DNA of 64,000 nt from Raillietiella orientalis (lineage: Eukaryota). Shown here in pieces: positions 24,740 through 39,399 of the stretch. The position numbers were made by a program, and so were the translations under genes. The stretch lies in the NCBI GenBank assembly GCA_036172245.1, contig JAYWIR010000001.1:10416001-10480000 (forward strand), in the 5' to 3' direction. The stretch's first letter is position 1. Every line of letters starts with the position of its first letter. The notes below the pieces were generated by a model. The model was not told the DNA's origin. It ran no database searches and saw only the letters and a list, made by a program, of their open reading frames with translations.

Positions 24740-25330
24740 AAAGCTCAGAAAAACATGACAAAGAGTAACAGACTTCCAGGAAGCCATAAAATGTTGCGAC
24801 GAATGTCTTACTACTACGAGAATGTCCCTCGTGTTTCTGCTACCAGTAGAGGATTGGCGTTTAAAGAATGCGGAGCATCAAAGGGTGAAGCGTTCAGGCT
24901 TAAAAAGGGGATCAAATGTTTCCGTGGGATGCTAACGAAAGAGTGCAAACTGTCCTGGAAGCCATGGAAATACTCTGAACCGGCAGCATGCAATCGGTGT
25001 GTGCTTTCAGGAAATAATATGGAAGTGGTTCTCTGTTCACTCCCGGAAAGAATTCCTCACTGTGAAGCGGTGGAGATTCGTAAGGCAATATCCAGTAAGC
25101 GTGATAGTTCCTGTGTATGAGATGGAGCTGATGATAACCAGCTTATCAACCATCAGTACATCAGATGTAATTTGTACGGTCGAAGGACCAGCAATGTCTA
25201 GAAAAGATCAAGACGTCATGAGACCGTCCTATGGCTTTTAACTGATATCTCGTGCGAAGAAAATGGCATCTGTAGGTCGACACTGATGTTTCGGATGAGA
25301 ACACAAACTGAGAGTATTCAGAGATTAGTG
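24740..25330 (+). mobile_element. Degraded LINE pre-RT/RT0 relic
   Basis: EIRKAISSKRDSSCV*DG resembles the EI..AI..K..SPG.DG motif of RT domain 0. Confidence 0.35.
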
Positions 25331-26799
25331 CGATCTTTAATTAGTGCCTTCTACACCCTGATGAGGTGAACTTTCGTGTCGAATGCCTACAGAATGATCC
25401 GGCCGTTGCTTTCGAATGTGTGAATTCTGTATAGGTAAATGCAAAGAGAGATGCGATGCATCAATTTTTGGTGCAGGGGGTGATGAGAAGCATTTTGAGA
25501 GAACACAGGTAAAATGTACCGGGTACCTTTGTACTCCCCAAATCTGGAATTGGTTCAACATATAGAGACGGAAATGACCTGGAAGTGAAATGAGTAGCTC
25601 ATTAGAATTTCGAATACACTAGAGCCCCATATAATGCGAGGGACATGTCTCACGTAACACGAGATTCTGCGTCCGCGTTATACGAGACCTTTGGGTCACA
25701 CATGGATAATATGATAGTATTCACACAAGACGTAGGACGCATCTTGAAAGTTGGAACAGTAGAATATTCATTATCTTACTGTGAAGCAAAGAAAAGGCAA
25801 ATGAAAAGTGTTTAGCTATTACTATGCTCAAAGCAAAGAAAACAAAAGCTTTTGGATTTTTTTTTCTTTTTGATATTTTTAATCTGTTTAATAATTCCAT
25901 TCTGGTTTCGGCTCTGTTGCTCTCGTTGTTGAAAAATGTATCTTCTTCTGCTATGTTATTCACCAAAGATGTGAATGAATTCAGCCTACTTAAATCACGT
26001 CTTCGATGTTTTTTTCAAAAGCATCTGGACTCGCACCCTGGCAAAAAAAAATGGCAGCTATCCTTTGCTTTGTACGGGGCTGATTCAGAGCGCTATAAGA
26101 GGTTCTTGTCCCCATTTTTGGTCACTCTTCATGCGAACTCGTCCTACCCGGGGGTCTACTGTGTTCGCTTACTTCTGGAGAGTTAAGCTGGCACTAGATG
26201 CTCTGGTCGGTTTCTAGAGTTGATTAGTCGTTGGAGCGAAATGCAGGTTTCGGAAGAGAAACCATTAGTCAAGTTAGAAAGAAATGATTGTGTGCCTGAG
26301 GCTATCCGGAGTAGAGTACATGGCTAGCAACAAGGCACCTTTTCATACTCTGTGGTCTGGTCCGGCCTTCGAAAGAAAAACCGCATCTTTATCCTCTCCA
26401 ACGTCAGAATGTCAAGCCCGGATTTCGTACTTGGGCAGCAGCAATCCTTCATCTTGAACTGTGGTATTCCTCAAGAAGTCCCATTAAAAACCTTCCTCCG
26501 CTTCACTTCGAAAGAGCAGGAGTGAAGAAGAAAGCAGGGTTTGCTAGAGGGAAGCAGCAGCCAGTGAATTACAACCTCTGTCTCGTCCTGGCACAACGAA
26601 CATGGTTACGGCTGTTCCTCGATTTCTCGGGGACAGTCGATTCACGTGCTTGCAGCCCTGAAGTCGCCAAAGAACAAAGGTGCTTCGAAGCACTGTAGCT
26701 TTCAGTGCTTTACACGGAGATTCCAGTTCCGCTGTTCCTCCCAATGGGCCAATATCGAAATGACCGCCCACTTACCGGCACCTTATCTGCGCACCACCG

Positions 26800-28420
26800 A
26801 TGCGTTTGAAGAACTCTTCGAAAGACGCCTCCAGGTCTGACCTAAAATGGAGAAGTATCAGATCAACGGCGTAGGTTTCTTCCATTCCAAACAGGCTCTG
26901 AGGTTCCCAGATTGTCAGAAAAGACAGCGTTAGAAACATTGAAAATTCGATTGAATTGTTTCTCTGAGCAGCAACATGTAATAAAGGTTTGCCACCTCTG
27001 GACCAGACCTGTTAGCGCTTCGTGCCAAAGCGAAAGCAAAGATGGCTAAAAGCAGGAATCCATTAAGTGATCCATTAAGTGGAGAAGGAATTCGTGCCTC
27101 ATGAGGTGCTCGGTTCAGGACCGCCACTGCGATTACGGGAGTGACCAGTTCCTCCAGCCAACGAGACCTTCCGGCATTGCATTTTCCTACGAGCTTTCCC
27201 TGTAACCATCTGTTGCAAGTAAACCCAAGATGCGCACCTTCTCCCAGAAGATGGAATATCTATTTCAAGATGAATAGCTCGTTGATTGCTTATCCAGAAA
27301 AGAGGACTGCTCCTGCCGAAAATGCAGCGAGGTTCTTTCCCGTTATCTCAACTTCTGCGATCTGTTGGAGGGAGTCTGACAAGTGAAACAGCCTACAAAC
27401 TGGAAAAGCGAACAGAGCTGCCAACAGGCAGCACTGGCTCTATGGAAGCTGAATAAATTTTATCAGGCGTCTGAATGCTCCGACCACTTCCATTTAACCA
27501 ACTCAAGAAATTCGATCTATCCACTCCTAGAATCTTCAATTAGTTTGCTTATTTATCCCTAAATAGTATTTATCGAAAGACATCATGAATCGTCATCTAT
27601 TCAACTTGAGTATTTGCTCTTATTTTTGGCATGAACGGACAACCTATAGTGCAACATTTCTTGTTCCGAGCTCTTCATCCGGTGATCGTTGCTTCTGAAG
27701 TTTCTTAAGCGCGAGAAGCAGTATTCTGTCTCACAAATCAGCCTCTTTCTTCATTGATGCTTCCCTGATTTTCGAAAATTCGACTTCTCGTTACTATTTG
27801 TGCATCCGATCAAGAACAACTGCATGCTGAAGACCATGCATGAGGCCTGACGCAAGACATCGCTTCGAGGATGAGCTCTCTTGGGGAAAGCGCAGACACT
27901 TTTCTGTTCACATCGTCTTCATTTTGGTTTCTTGAGATCTCTGGTAGCTGAAATCTGCACATGGCTGGGCCTCTTCGGGTTTTTGCATTCTCTTAGACTC
28001 AAATCGATACCCATGTCCTAGGAAGAAATTTACAATCGTCTTTCTTTAGGTTTTGCTGGAAAGAATTTCGTAGATGTCCATTTTTCCATTGGATTCTGGA
28101 AGCTCCGTTGCGGACCAAATTCTGAAATCTCTTTGCTGAAAGCCAAGGGTTTTCCTGAGCTATCAGCTCCGGATGAACAGTTGATAGGGGACGATCGCAG
28201 CACCTCAGCAACATGCATCGCAGAGCGTGCTCTCCTTTCAAATTTCGAATCTTCAGACTGAGATCGGCAGACACCAAAATGTCTGTCTGGAGCATCGCGC
28301 ATCTTTGAAAGGGTGTCAGACTCGAATGTGCTTGTCGAAATAAGAAGGTTTCTGGGCCGTTCATAAGGTCACCTGTGTGAAGACAAGAAAGCCTGATGAG
28401 TGCGGGAAGAGACACAAATG
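26800..28420 (-). mobile_element. Highly degraded LINE APE/RT relic
   Basis: Weak minus-strand remnants only: TFLFRQAHSSL and DRPLS (APE-like), LLLAIFAFAL (RT4-like). Confidence 0.3.
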
Positions 28421-31400
28421 ACTCATTTTATTCCTCTGGATTTGCTGGTACAGAACAAGCATGGATCCACTGGACCATAGAATACATTGCTTGTTTCCTC
28501 AGAAAAGATTCGAAAAACATGTGATTATTTAGTCACATGTTAATGAATACTGTATGAAACCTGCATGAAACTGTTGTAATCTGCAGAATTCTCCTTGTGT
28601 CTAGGAGCACGAGCAGAGAATTCGCCAGTTGTCATTCTCAGGACGTCGTAATGCGTTCCGGAAGCGTAGATCGTGTAGCGTGATGCCAACCCTTTCTTAG
28701 GGCGGATTTTTTTACGGAACCCAATCCAGTCCAGATGAATAAGAGGTTAGGAATGAGACCATGGGTTAGGTGCTGTGTGTCGGCAATGCAAGAATGAGAC
28801 TGGGCGGGTGTTCCAAAATTTTGTTATCGGAAAGATGGAGCACAGTTAGCATGCCATATCAAGAGGCAGGAGCACGGAGCACAAAGGACTCTCGTCGAAG
28901 TGACCGTTTGATGAAGCAAAGTTTGCCACCGGTATATGGAATTCCACTTCGCCCAAAGTGGTGTCTTGAAAAGTTTCCCCCATACCGGAGACGCAGCCAC
29001 GAGAAGATGTCCGCACCTGGAGGACGATATGCTTTCTGTTCTTCCATGTTAGTCGCATTCGACTTTCGCACCCTGGAAGCATGATCCCTCCAAAATTCAG
29101 TTTCCTGAAGCTTCGTAAGTTTCATAGAATTTTGCGAGTCACTTCACTACGGAACATTTATTAGAGATGAGCTCTTCTCTTATAAGACGGGAAAACGGGG
29201 CATCTATTTCCTTCAGGCGTCTTCAAAACTTCTCGCCGTTCGGTTCCGAAATGAAATTCAAGGGCAGGATTTCGTTAACTGCTTCAGAGGAACACATTGG
29301 CTTGATTCTTTTTTAGATATATAATTTTAAACAGCACACCATTCCACGCACAAAAACAACGTGCCGTTTGGATAGAACGAAAGCGATGCAACAGATTATG
29401 GTGCAAGTTATCCAAATGGGAAGAACATTCGCACGCGACTCCGATGTCTTCTTGGTGCGTTCTTCTTTTTTTTTCCCGAAGAGTCAGGTCTCTGTCAGGT
29501 TATGAAGTCACTCACGGAATGATGTTTATACCCCATGGGTTCCTAAAACGCTTCTGTTTCAGTACCTGAAAGATAATGGAAATTCGATTCGTCCGATGAG
29601 AGGGAGGAAATGAAGAAGAAAGATGGGAATGTGTGCTTCAGCATTCCATTGATTTGTTATAAATTTAATTATTATTAATAGATTAGCCCATTATTAATCG
29701 ATTTGTATTCATTATTAATTTGAAGCGCCAAGAAATCTTGCTTATATGCTATTCCCCTATTAATCACTTGATAGGCTTTTGTCGAAAAACCGGCGGTCCT
29801 TTGCACCTACACACCTTACTTCACATCTTTCCTAGATGCAAGCAAGCAAGGCTCCAGGAGGAAACTTGGCCAGAACCTTACCTTTCATGACAAATTTTCA
29901 AATATATACAGTTAAAATGGTTGTGAAAGCACAAATTCACCACGGTTACAAACCACAATGAGGCTGCAATATTCTGGCAGTCAGCAAGTGAGGATGTATC
30001 GGAGGAATAGGAAAGAATAGACCAATAGACGGTAACTACAATGGTATAACGATCATGAAAAATCGAGACGTGGAATGACAAAATAATAAATTACTGGTTT
30101 ATAGAAGGTAGACGTAGTCGCTCTCATTGACTGCTAGACAGAAATACAGGAGTAGGAATTGCGTGAAGAGTCATCTCTCTTCATGAAGATCTTGGAAAAA
30201 TGGCTCTGATTCATGGACCTCTTCGTGGATGGCCTCCTCATTTGAAAGACTGGAACAGACCGCAGAATAGTATCCGAAGGACAAGTCGAAAGTGACCCTG
30301 GAATGATCAATTAACAAGCGAACACTTTGACTTCAAGAAGTAAGGGGCACAAATGCATAGTTTGATTAAAAAAAAAATTCGTCACAGCATGATTGTTCAA
30401 GCTGTAGGAAGCTGTAGCTGTAGCTTGTGGTAATTCATCATTATATCTGACAATTTCTGAGGCTGCAAGATGTGTGCTGTAGGTTGCTCGCCAAAATTAA
30501 AAACGTGTCGTCCTTCAAAGTCTTCCAGACTGCCGTCCCCTTTCTGCGTTCCTCTGTCTGTATTCCTTTCTCAATTTTGTCAAAATTTCATGCTGACTTT
30601 GATGGTCGCGCAGTCTGAGCTCCGAATCAGTGTGTGCAGAAGCTCTTGGCGAAATGACCCCTCCGAATGGATGTTTCTGGTGATCTCCATAAATGTGATC
30701 GCAATCTTTGATGAATTATGAAATCATAACTGGAGACTTTTTACCTAATTGAGATTCATTCATTGTACGAAACACAAAGAAAGAATGCCTGCGTTTTCCC
30801 GTGGAAGCTGTAATATTGTAACGAGATGGACCCTTTGATGAAGGTTTGAAATGACCAATTTAAATTCAGTTGAATAATTCAATGAATCGAAGCATTTAAA
30901 ACTTTGCTGGGTAATGCTTTTAGATCCAGAAATTCCACCAGGACTCGGTTCTTAAGGAACAAACTCCGGAGTCCTGAACAAAGAACAGAGCACCGAGGGA
31001 CGCTGAAAAAAGTGCTACAGAGGCAAAGCTACGCTTTCGAGGGAAGCAAGCAGACCTTCCCACGAAGAAGGATGATTGGGCTAGCTCCTCGAATTGGATG
31101 CTGCAGAAAAATAATTTTCCTCACCATGAGATCGGCGGATCTTATCGCCGCAAGCTGCTCAGGATACCAATATTTTGTCTCCCTGTAGCAAGAGTATGTG
31201 TCTACACCGGCGTTTCCAGGGAGTCATTCTCTCACTTTGGCACTCAACTAGCAAATTCATATCGAAAAACAGAGCAACTGCGGTTTTGAAGCACAAAGTT
31301 CTGTTCCATTTTTACCTGTGTACATTTTTAGGTCCAACAAACGTAAAGAGTGAGATGACTTTAAGAAATAAAGGTCTTCTTTGCCTGCAGAGTAGCGACG

Positions 31401-32939
31401 GGGATGGACGCTCAAACTATGTTTTGAAGTTTGCGAAATCTCTTGGCCAGTGTACCACCCAGCAAGGATTCCAGCAGGGGAAAATCGAAAACTTCTCAGA
31501 GATCTATAACGCGCGGTTCAGTGGAGGAAAGATCACCTTTTTCACATCATTTTGTGGATGTAGAAATGGAACATCCAGCTTGCTCTTCGAATTCTCCTTT
31601 GGGTGGTTTCCGATAGCTCCTGTTCGAACTTCTGAAGACCATTCGGCAGTTTCCACACTTTCTAAAAAGGGCAGAGTAATTTCCTAAAACCAGTATTGGG
31701 AGAAATCAATAAACCATTCTATGGAACCTGATTTGGGGAGAAACGACAAAGCCACCTAGCTATGTCCCATTAAAATCGCAGGGCTTCCGTGAACTTTCAT
31801 TACGCGTCCTTAATTCAGGGATTTGGGCTAGAGATGGAGTCGAAATACTTTCCTAAGCCAATAAATTTGTTGATTTTCTAAAAGGATTTTCACATGATCG
31901 AAAACTTCGTTTTCAGAATTATCCTCGAAAAAAAAAAAAGAAAGGATTTGAAAATTCACCAAACTGTTGAAAACAGAGTTGAAAATCAACTATCTGGGCT
32001 GATTTTTTTTTTTATCTGACCTTCAGCTTTTGCACCGGTTATTCACAGGAAAGTGGGTTGTGATGTAACGGGTTACTCTAGAAGACCATGGGAAATTCCA
32101 GCGCATCCTCTGGGATGCGCGGAATCGAAGGGCTGGCTTTGAGAGCGACCTCTGATTGCTCGGTTCTTTGTGCAACAGCTCCACATAGTGCGGAATTCAT
32201 CAAGAATGGGCGCTGTCCACGCGAGCGTGGGCGGACTAATGGACCGTAAGGCCTTGTAAAATGCTTTGCTGGTTGTCATCCCGTGGTCCGTGGCGATAAT
32301 TGTGCAAAACTCCAGAAAACCTCGTTTTTTTGTTTATTTCTGGGAAGGACAGAAATTTGTTAGTTGGAGATAATGTCAGATTAAAGAGGAAAATGTGAAA
32401 GCGAAAGAACCTTTGAAAACAAATAACATCCGCAATTTTTTTTCATCTTCTTCATTTATTTACCACCTTCATCTCATGACGCTTCATTTGTTACTGCTAA
32501 TTCATTAAATCTCCTCAGAAGAATAATAAAGCTTAACTGTTGCCTTCCTGTGTCTCGTTTAAAACAAGCACTTCCAGGAATCACATCCATGAGAGTCCAT
32601 GCTCTAAACGGGATCCATTACACCGCGGATGCAAGTTTTCTCACCGTTCAGACCAAATAAAACCTTCACTTCTTGTAAAAAAAAAAAAAAAAAAAAAGTC
32701 GTTAAGCAGTGCAGTCGGACAAGAGACATCTTCAGAAGCAAGTAGAGGGATTTTGGGACGTGCCTTCGGAGGCGGAAGAGAGAAAGTAAGACATGCCTTA
32801 AATGGTTCATATTTCCTATTGCATTGCCTCCTCTTTCGGGGTAGTTAACTTGCTCTTCCAACGTTTGGAAAATAAAAATAAACAAAATTTGTAGGCATTC
32901 TAGAGAATAAAATGATTCCAACAGAAGTCACAGCTAACT

Positions 32940-34450
32940 CAAGGATGAATTCATTATGATGGTCCTGAGCTGTCTTTCACAGATATGGTTGTATTACTAT
33001 GGAGGCATTCTAGATTCCTCCGTGGATTCAACATTTGAGGATAACCTAATTCGTCTGTCCACGGATCAAGAGTTAAATGGAATAACGAAGTATTTCTGAG
33101 GAGCACTGACCATCATTCGGACTTCTGTAGCATTCAGCAGGGAGAGAAATGAAGAAACTGGACGAGGCAAAGGAAGTTTAAGAAAGAGAGTCGATAATGT
33201 ACACTTGGCATGCCTTTCTAGAAGAACGAAAGGTGTCAGATCTGTTTCCCTTATCAAGTCTTTCGTTGAACCCACTTATTTTTGCCCTTCTTCCGAGATA
33301 AGCGTCACGAAGAGACTCTGGAAAGTCATAACTTGGATTCCGGCCGTGGGGGAGACCCTGGTATTTTTCATGATCTATTGTGGACACTCATGGAACATCT
33401 AGGTGGTTCCCTTACTGATAACAGAAACCTGTATTACTGGGAAAAAAACAGAAATACATCATTTACGGCATCAAGGGAAAATATGGGATGGAGATATATG
33501 GATGGTAGTGTGGAATCTAAACATCATGATGAAATGGATTCTCACATTGTCAGCTTTATTACGAAGACTGAGTCTCATATTAAGCGTTTTGGAACCGAGG
33601 ATTTTGCTGCCTGATAATGAACAGTGGACAGATTGCATGAGCAACGAAACCGTAAACAGCCAGATATTTAGTCATGTGTCTTATAGGAATCTGTGTACAT
33701 AAAATTCAATACCGTAAGATGTCGGGAAAACTTCGATATACTGAACTGTCATCAATTTTTTGCATCGAAGCGTCTCTGATCGACTCGTTTTGATGATGAT
33801 GTTCGTAGGGACGAACGTGACAGCCCTAATTCCCCAAACATCCTGCCTGCGCGAGAAATAATTAAAATTACTTTCAGGTTCAGGGCTTATTTGTGATTAA
33901 TTAATTGAAGAGCACCTCTCATAGGCGAATGGATACTCAGTTATGAAATGAATGAGACAGCTTCCGCGTGTCAGGTACTCGATCAACCGAAATCCATCGG
34001 CTGCAGGCATGCATCCCTGGATAAGCGCTACCATGATTTCTTTTAAAGCTAAGAGAGCACGTAGGCAAATATTGTCACCACGGAAACTTGAAGTGATGGA
34101 GAACGCTAAAGGCATTGGAATTGCTACGGCCACGCTTTTTAAATTCCAGAGAGCAAAAGGATGGAATCGCAGAAATTTCATTAACAAGGTGGGGAATTAT
34201 TTTAGCGTTTCTCCGGAACTCTGGAGTGAATTCAAGGAATTGAGAAGAAATTTCGAGATATGGGATTAACAAAATGACTCCTGTAAGCAAGACAGTGGGC
34301 ACTATAAGAAGTGTGACCAGTGAGCGAGCAATTACAAGGACCGATGACCGCAAGCACATGCAAAGATATGCCAAAGAACATGAAAGCATCCAACATCACT
34401 GATGTAGCCTGTTGAGGAAGGTTCTTCTTGTAATGACTAGAAAGGGGTGG
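32940..34450 (+). mobile_element. Degraded LINE RT7/thumb and downstream ORF2 relic
   Basis: HLGGSLTDNRNLYYWEK...WRY resembles the RT7/thumb region. GMHPWISA matches the HPWISC motif of the other LINE copies in this window. Confidence 0.45.
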
Positions 34451-37400
34451 CATTCAAGTTATAAAGAGTTAATAAATTCTCCTTAGATATTCAAAAGATT
34501 ACAAATATTAAGAGAATTGTGGAAAATTGTAGAAGCAACAGAAAAAAAACATTGAGATGAGCAAATTACAATGCAAGTTTGCAAAGGATGCAGGCAAATG
34601 TTCAGGGAGAATTTTCACCATCTTTCCACGCATATCTTTCCTCCTTTCCTTGGAGTTTTAAGAGGTTTTTCCATTACGGACGACGACGATTCAGCCTATG
34701 CCTACAGCATACGTACCAAAAGACCCTATGTTTCAGCACGCCACTTCCCTCTCAATGTCTGCCACCTGATTATCTAAAATTTTCAGTTCTTTTAGTCTTC
34801 TTATCCCAGAGATTATCCCTCTTATCCCAGTTACCTCGGCGGGTACTTCTTTGGAAAGAAAGTTCTCTGTGCCTGCTCTACACCTTCCGCGCCGACTCTT
34901 CCAGTGCTGCTGACGAATGAGCACAGAAGCAAATGGCGCAGGAAAAGTGATATTTTTACTTCGACCTGCAGCACCAACTGCAGCCTCGTTTTGAAGCTTC
35001 CTCCAGGAACGGGCTGGCTCCCGGCCACAAACGCGCACTCCTCCAGCAGTGGAGTTTAGCTGGCTCTCTTCTTCTGAAAACGGCCGCTGCACCCCTTGAG
35101 TGAGAAGCTGCTCCAGCGCTCGTTTCTCGATCGGGGGCACCAGTTCCCCGCGCCATCCTAGTCCGGCGACTCCTCCGCGCGGCCGGTCTGCGAGGACGCC
35201 TGCGGACGGTGCCCGTGTGCCGGCAGCAGGTTCCGTCGCCCTCTCGAACTCAGGGAGGTCCACGAGGGCGCAACGGCGCTGAGGTGTTCGCCGCTGAACG
35301 GAAAAAACGACCCGAGCCCCGGCGTCGCCCCAATGCAGGAGCGCGGCTTTCCCCTGATCCGGGTGTTCCACGCTTGAAGGTGTTCACGCTCCTCTGCGTC
35401 ACACCCGAGCTGGAGGTCGGATTAGCACTCTTCCCTTCGCGCGCGCGCGCCAGACGCGTGATTCCGGGCGCTTCCTTTTCGAGAGTCGATTTCGCCCTCA
35501 TTCTTTGAGGGGGGAGAGGGGGCGCCGGACTCCGTGCCGTCCGGAATCCCCGCTGATCGCCGCTGCTTGCGCCTTGCATCGATCTCCGTGGAGACGCGAA
35601 TCCACCCGAGTCTTCTCCAGCTGGCGGACGACGCTTGCGCCCTCTTCCACGCTGCCGCCCGCAGCGCCTTCCGGGAAAGATCTCTCATGGAGGATGGAAG
35701 CCGGGGTGAGCAGGATAGCGAATGACCACCTGCGAGGGCGCCGTTGCTGCCGGACGAGTCATCCGAAAGGCCGTACAGTGACATTTGGCTAGAAGGTGGT
35801 GCCGCAGCTTTTTCGGTTTTCCCCGGGTGAAGCGTGCTGAAGTGTTGCGCATTCCATATTCATTACGCCCTGCCACCAGTAAATACTCACCTTGCCGCCG
35901 GTCTCGCACGGAGGATGGGAGCCGGGATGAGCAGGAAAGTGGATGATCCTCTTCGGAACAGTTAGCCAGATTCGGGCAGCTTCGTCCTCTGCTGGCGTGC
36001 ACGCGCTTGTGTCTCTCGCTCCTCTTGATAGATGGACTTGTTTTCTAGTCAGTTGTCCTGCTATTGCCTTGGGAAGCTCAGACTTTGCTCCATGACCATC
36101 CATTGCTGCAGTTCATGATGAAGACGAAGGACCCTAGGAGAACGAAAAGGAAAACAAAGATGGCATTCCTGAGCATGATCGTCTGGTGCAAAGCCTATCC
36201 ATCGTACCAAAAAGTGATCCAGACATGTGCCAGGCTACATACACAACATACACTATTTCTTCTGATACCATTAGATTTTTCAACAAATAATGCTTTCCTC
36301 AATAGTAATAACCAAATCAATCTTAGCCCCATAAACGCACACAGCTAAACTTGCGAGTACAGATGCCTTTGATGTTCTCAATAAATGCTTTATTGTTTTG
36401 AAGCATCCATCCCAGTCTTCCTGCAGTTAAAATCCAAGTAAAATATCATTGCAGCTCAGTTGAGATTATCTGCATGAAAACAATATCTAACCACTACACA
36501 TGCTAAGATGTAATTATCCTGCTAAGGATTGCTATTAGCACCGTAGACGACGGCTGGGATAGAGTAGACGCAGGATCCGCCTGCAACTTGAAGAAGCAAG
36601 CGTCCCAAGAGATAAACATCCAAAGGACTCATCCATAAACATCCACTCAACCTATTGAAGCCAGCATCGGAGTAGGTGCGCTTACAAGGATGCCAAAGGA
36701 GATAAGTGGCACGCTGGAGAAGAACGACACGTCCGAAAGCTTCCGCACGCAGTGTGATGGCATGACTGTCGCACTTTGGAGGGACGAAGGATCAATGGAT
36801 GTCTTCGAGGATCAGTGTAGCAAGCACTCTAGAGCAAAAGCATGAAAGCGGAAACAGGAGCTTCACAGGAGTTGATTAGCAACAGCAGGATTGGATGACA
36901 GAAAAATCCGTTCTCCAGGAACTCAAAGATTGAAACAGAGAGAGGGTGTGGTAGAGCAGTCAACCATCTAGCCCTTGCAGAGCTACCTATTCATCTTTTC
37001 GGCAAGCAGACTTTCAATGTCCATGAAGACCGCTTCGGTCTCGTCCCACAGGATCTGGACGAGATTGCTTCCTCAATGAGGTGTCCTGACTTTGGTAAGG
37101 CGAACCGGGCGAACCTACGGGAAGCTAGCGAGTCGCGACTGCAGTTCTGACCAGCTGCACAAAGGTCAGAATTTCTTGCGAGGTAAAGAACCACCGCAGG
37201 AGCTACCACCCAGAATAGTAGTCATCCTTGCTGCTGCTTCTTCCGATGACGCTCGTTCGCGAGCATTCGCTGAGTACGGTAGTCGCAAAGGGAACGCTCG
37301 CTCTTGGAGTCCACGTTTTTCCGTAGCATCGCGTCCGCGCTCCTTGGCAAGGTTCTCGCGGGTCACGCAGGCGCCGCAGCCTAGGCTCTGAAGTCCCCGA

Positions 37401-38049
37401 TTCCACTTCCGAGTCCAAAGGCGGCGGACGCCCCTATCTTCCCCCCCTATGCACGCGCGAGGTTGCTCTTTATTTTTTATTTTTTTAGAATGTTTGCTCT
37501 TTGTTTCCTTTCCGACAGCAACAGCACCGTCGTCGGTGGTCGTCGGATGGGATGCGATTCAGCGTGTCCGGAAAGCAGGCGATGCCGTCTCGTGCGGTCT
37601 TGGCGCTTTCCGGATCTTCCTTGCTCTCAACGCAGTCTTCGAGTCCTCCACCCTCTTGTCTTTTTGTCACGGGAAGGCGTGTCCGCTTTGCCAGCTCACC
37701 CTTCTCCGCGTGGAGCTCATTTCCTCCCACGCTTGCGCGTTTCCTGCGCCTCCATCTTTGCCCAGACTTCTCACCCTCGCCGACAAGGTTCTCCCATTCT
37801 CGCGAGTGGGCGCGCAGCGGACGCGTTCTTTCCCCGAGCTTTTCCGCTTTTTCCGCTCCTTGAGAATGTCGCGCAACCACTTTGGAGTGCAGTGCCTTGA
37901 AATGGTGCAGCCGACTGAGGCGATGACGCTTCATCGTGGGGGCGCACTTTTCATAACGCGATCCTTCCGGAGTGTCCACAACTTCCCTTCCCTGACTAAC
38001 CATGGGTCAACCGACTTCCCGCCCAACTGCAACTTGTTGGGAAGGACTT

Positions 38050-39115
38050 GAATGGTCCCAGGTTACGAAAAGGGGAATCTTTAATGTCTCCCGCAGACAG
38101 TGGGGTTCTCAGCAATGGCTAAGCCGCCTCAGCATCTTTCAAAGTGCCCCCGCTGAGGGTCGCAAGTCCTCTTCAGACTCTTTTCGCTCTGAGCCGATAG
38201 AGAGCGCGCTCATCGAGTGCGAAACCTTAACTACCTTGCGCGCCCACCTTCTGATCAGTGAAGTTTAGCAGAGTCGGATTCTGTTGGTACTTGGATGGCA
38301 GACCGCCGCCTGGGAGCCCCGGGTATGTAAACGATCTTCGGACGCTGTGACGCTGAGTGTACTACCCAAGGGACCTCTACGCTAGGGCGAGCTGCTCGCT
38401 ATCCCTCCGGAGGAGGTGAAGTGGCCAACAGAGTGCTGAAACAGTGGCGCCCTTCTCGTCAAGTTGCGGAAGTCGACGTTGCTGGTGGTGCATGGCGCCT
38501 TCGCCATTGGGTGCTAAGTGGAGCAGCTGCGGGAAGAAGGAAACCATCCGTACCTACTGGTGGACTGTGCTGCCCTTCGATCTCCTCGGGATTGCCTCGC
38601 GAAGACCCTAGGAATCCCGGCAGGAGACTCCAGAGAGATTTTCAAACGCTTCTTCGTGTGCGGTGCCGCACTGCCTCCAGCCGCGTCCCTCGCAGTTTTC
38701 TTGCTGTCTTCGCGGGATCACGGCGGCCTGGAACGCCAAAAGAAGAGGCCAATGTGGCAGGGACGCCATTCACTGGACGCAGACCTTCCTGAAGACAGCT
38801 ACGAGTTGCCTCCACCTGGGCGATAGACGGACGGAACCTGCCAGTATCCTGAGCAAGATGCACCTGGAAACAGCGATTCCATTCTCAATTTCCCCTTCCC
38901 CTCCCGAGAAGGACTTTCCTGTCCTTTTTTTGTTTATTCTTGTTTCCAGTTTTCCCTTACCCTTCGCTGCCGAAGTGGATTTCTCCGCTCTGCGTACCGG
39001 TAGCTTTGAAGTTGTATGTGATTTCTGGTTGATTTCCTGGTAAGTGGTTGAACCGAGTGCTCTGCAACATTCTTATTATTTTTTTTGTAATAAACGCTTC
39101 AGAAAAACCTGGTGG
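38050..39115 (+). mobile_element. L1/Tx1-like LINE 3' end
   Basis: LRHW...EEGNHPYLLVDCAALR...DSREIFKRFF, T-rich UTR with the gctgccga motif, and AATAAACGC at 39089 followed by a degraded hairpin. Confidence 0.75.
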
Positions 39116-39399
39116 TCACCTCAGTAGAGCAGGCAAGTCATATAGCCATTCGCCACATAGGCCCTGAGCGCTAGCCTGTAGCCTGAGCACCACTGCTGTA
39201 TTCTCACGGAGCAGCCGCATTGCCCCACCGCCTCATTGGCAACAGGGAAGCTTTCCCACCACTGGTTTCCGACTCGGGATGACGGACTTGGCCTCCTGAC
39301 GCTGAAAAAAATGAGGAGTCAGCTTCGGTTTTAGTCTTCCGAGCTGTAGCTGATGTACCCATTTCAGAACCTTCACTAGACGCTACGCCTTGAGCAGAA

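Noticed and set aside
34733..38051. GC-rich 170-212-aa ORFs (34733-35371, 37449-38051, 37485-38003) as host genes
   Set aside because: No recognisable domains, and overlapping ORFs on both strands are typical of GC-rich TE-derived DNA. Left unannotated.
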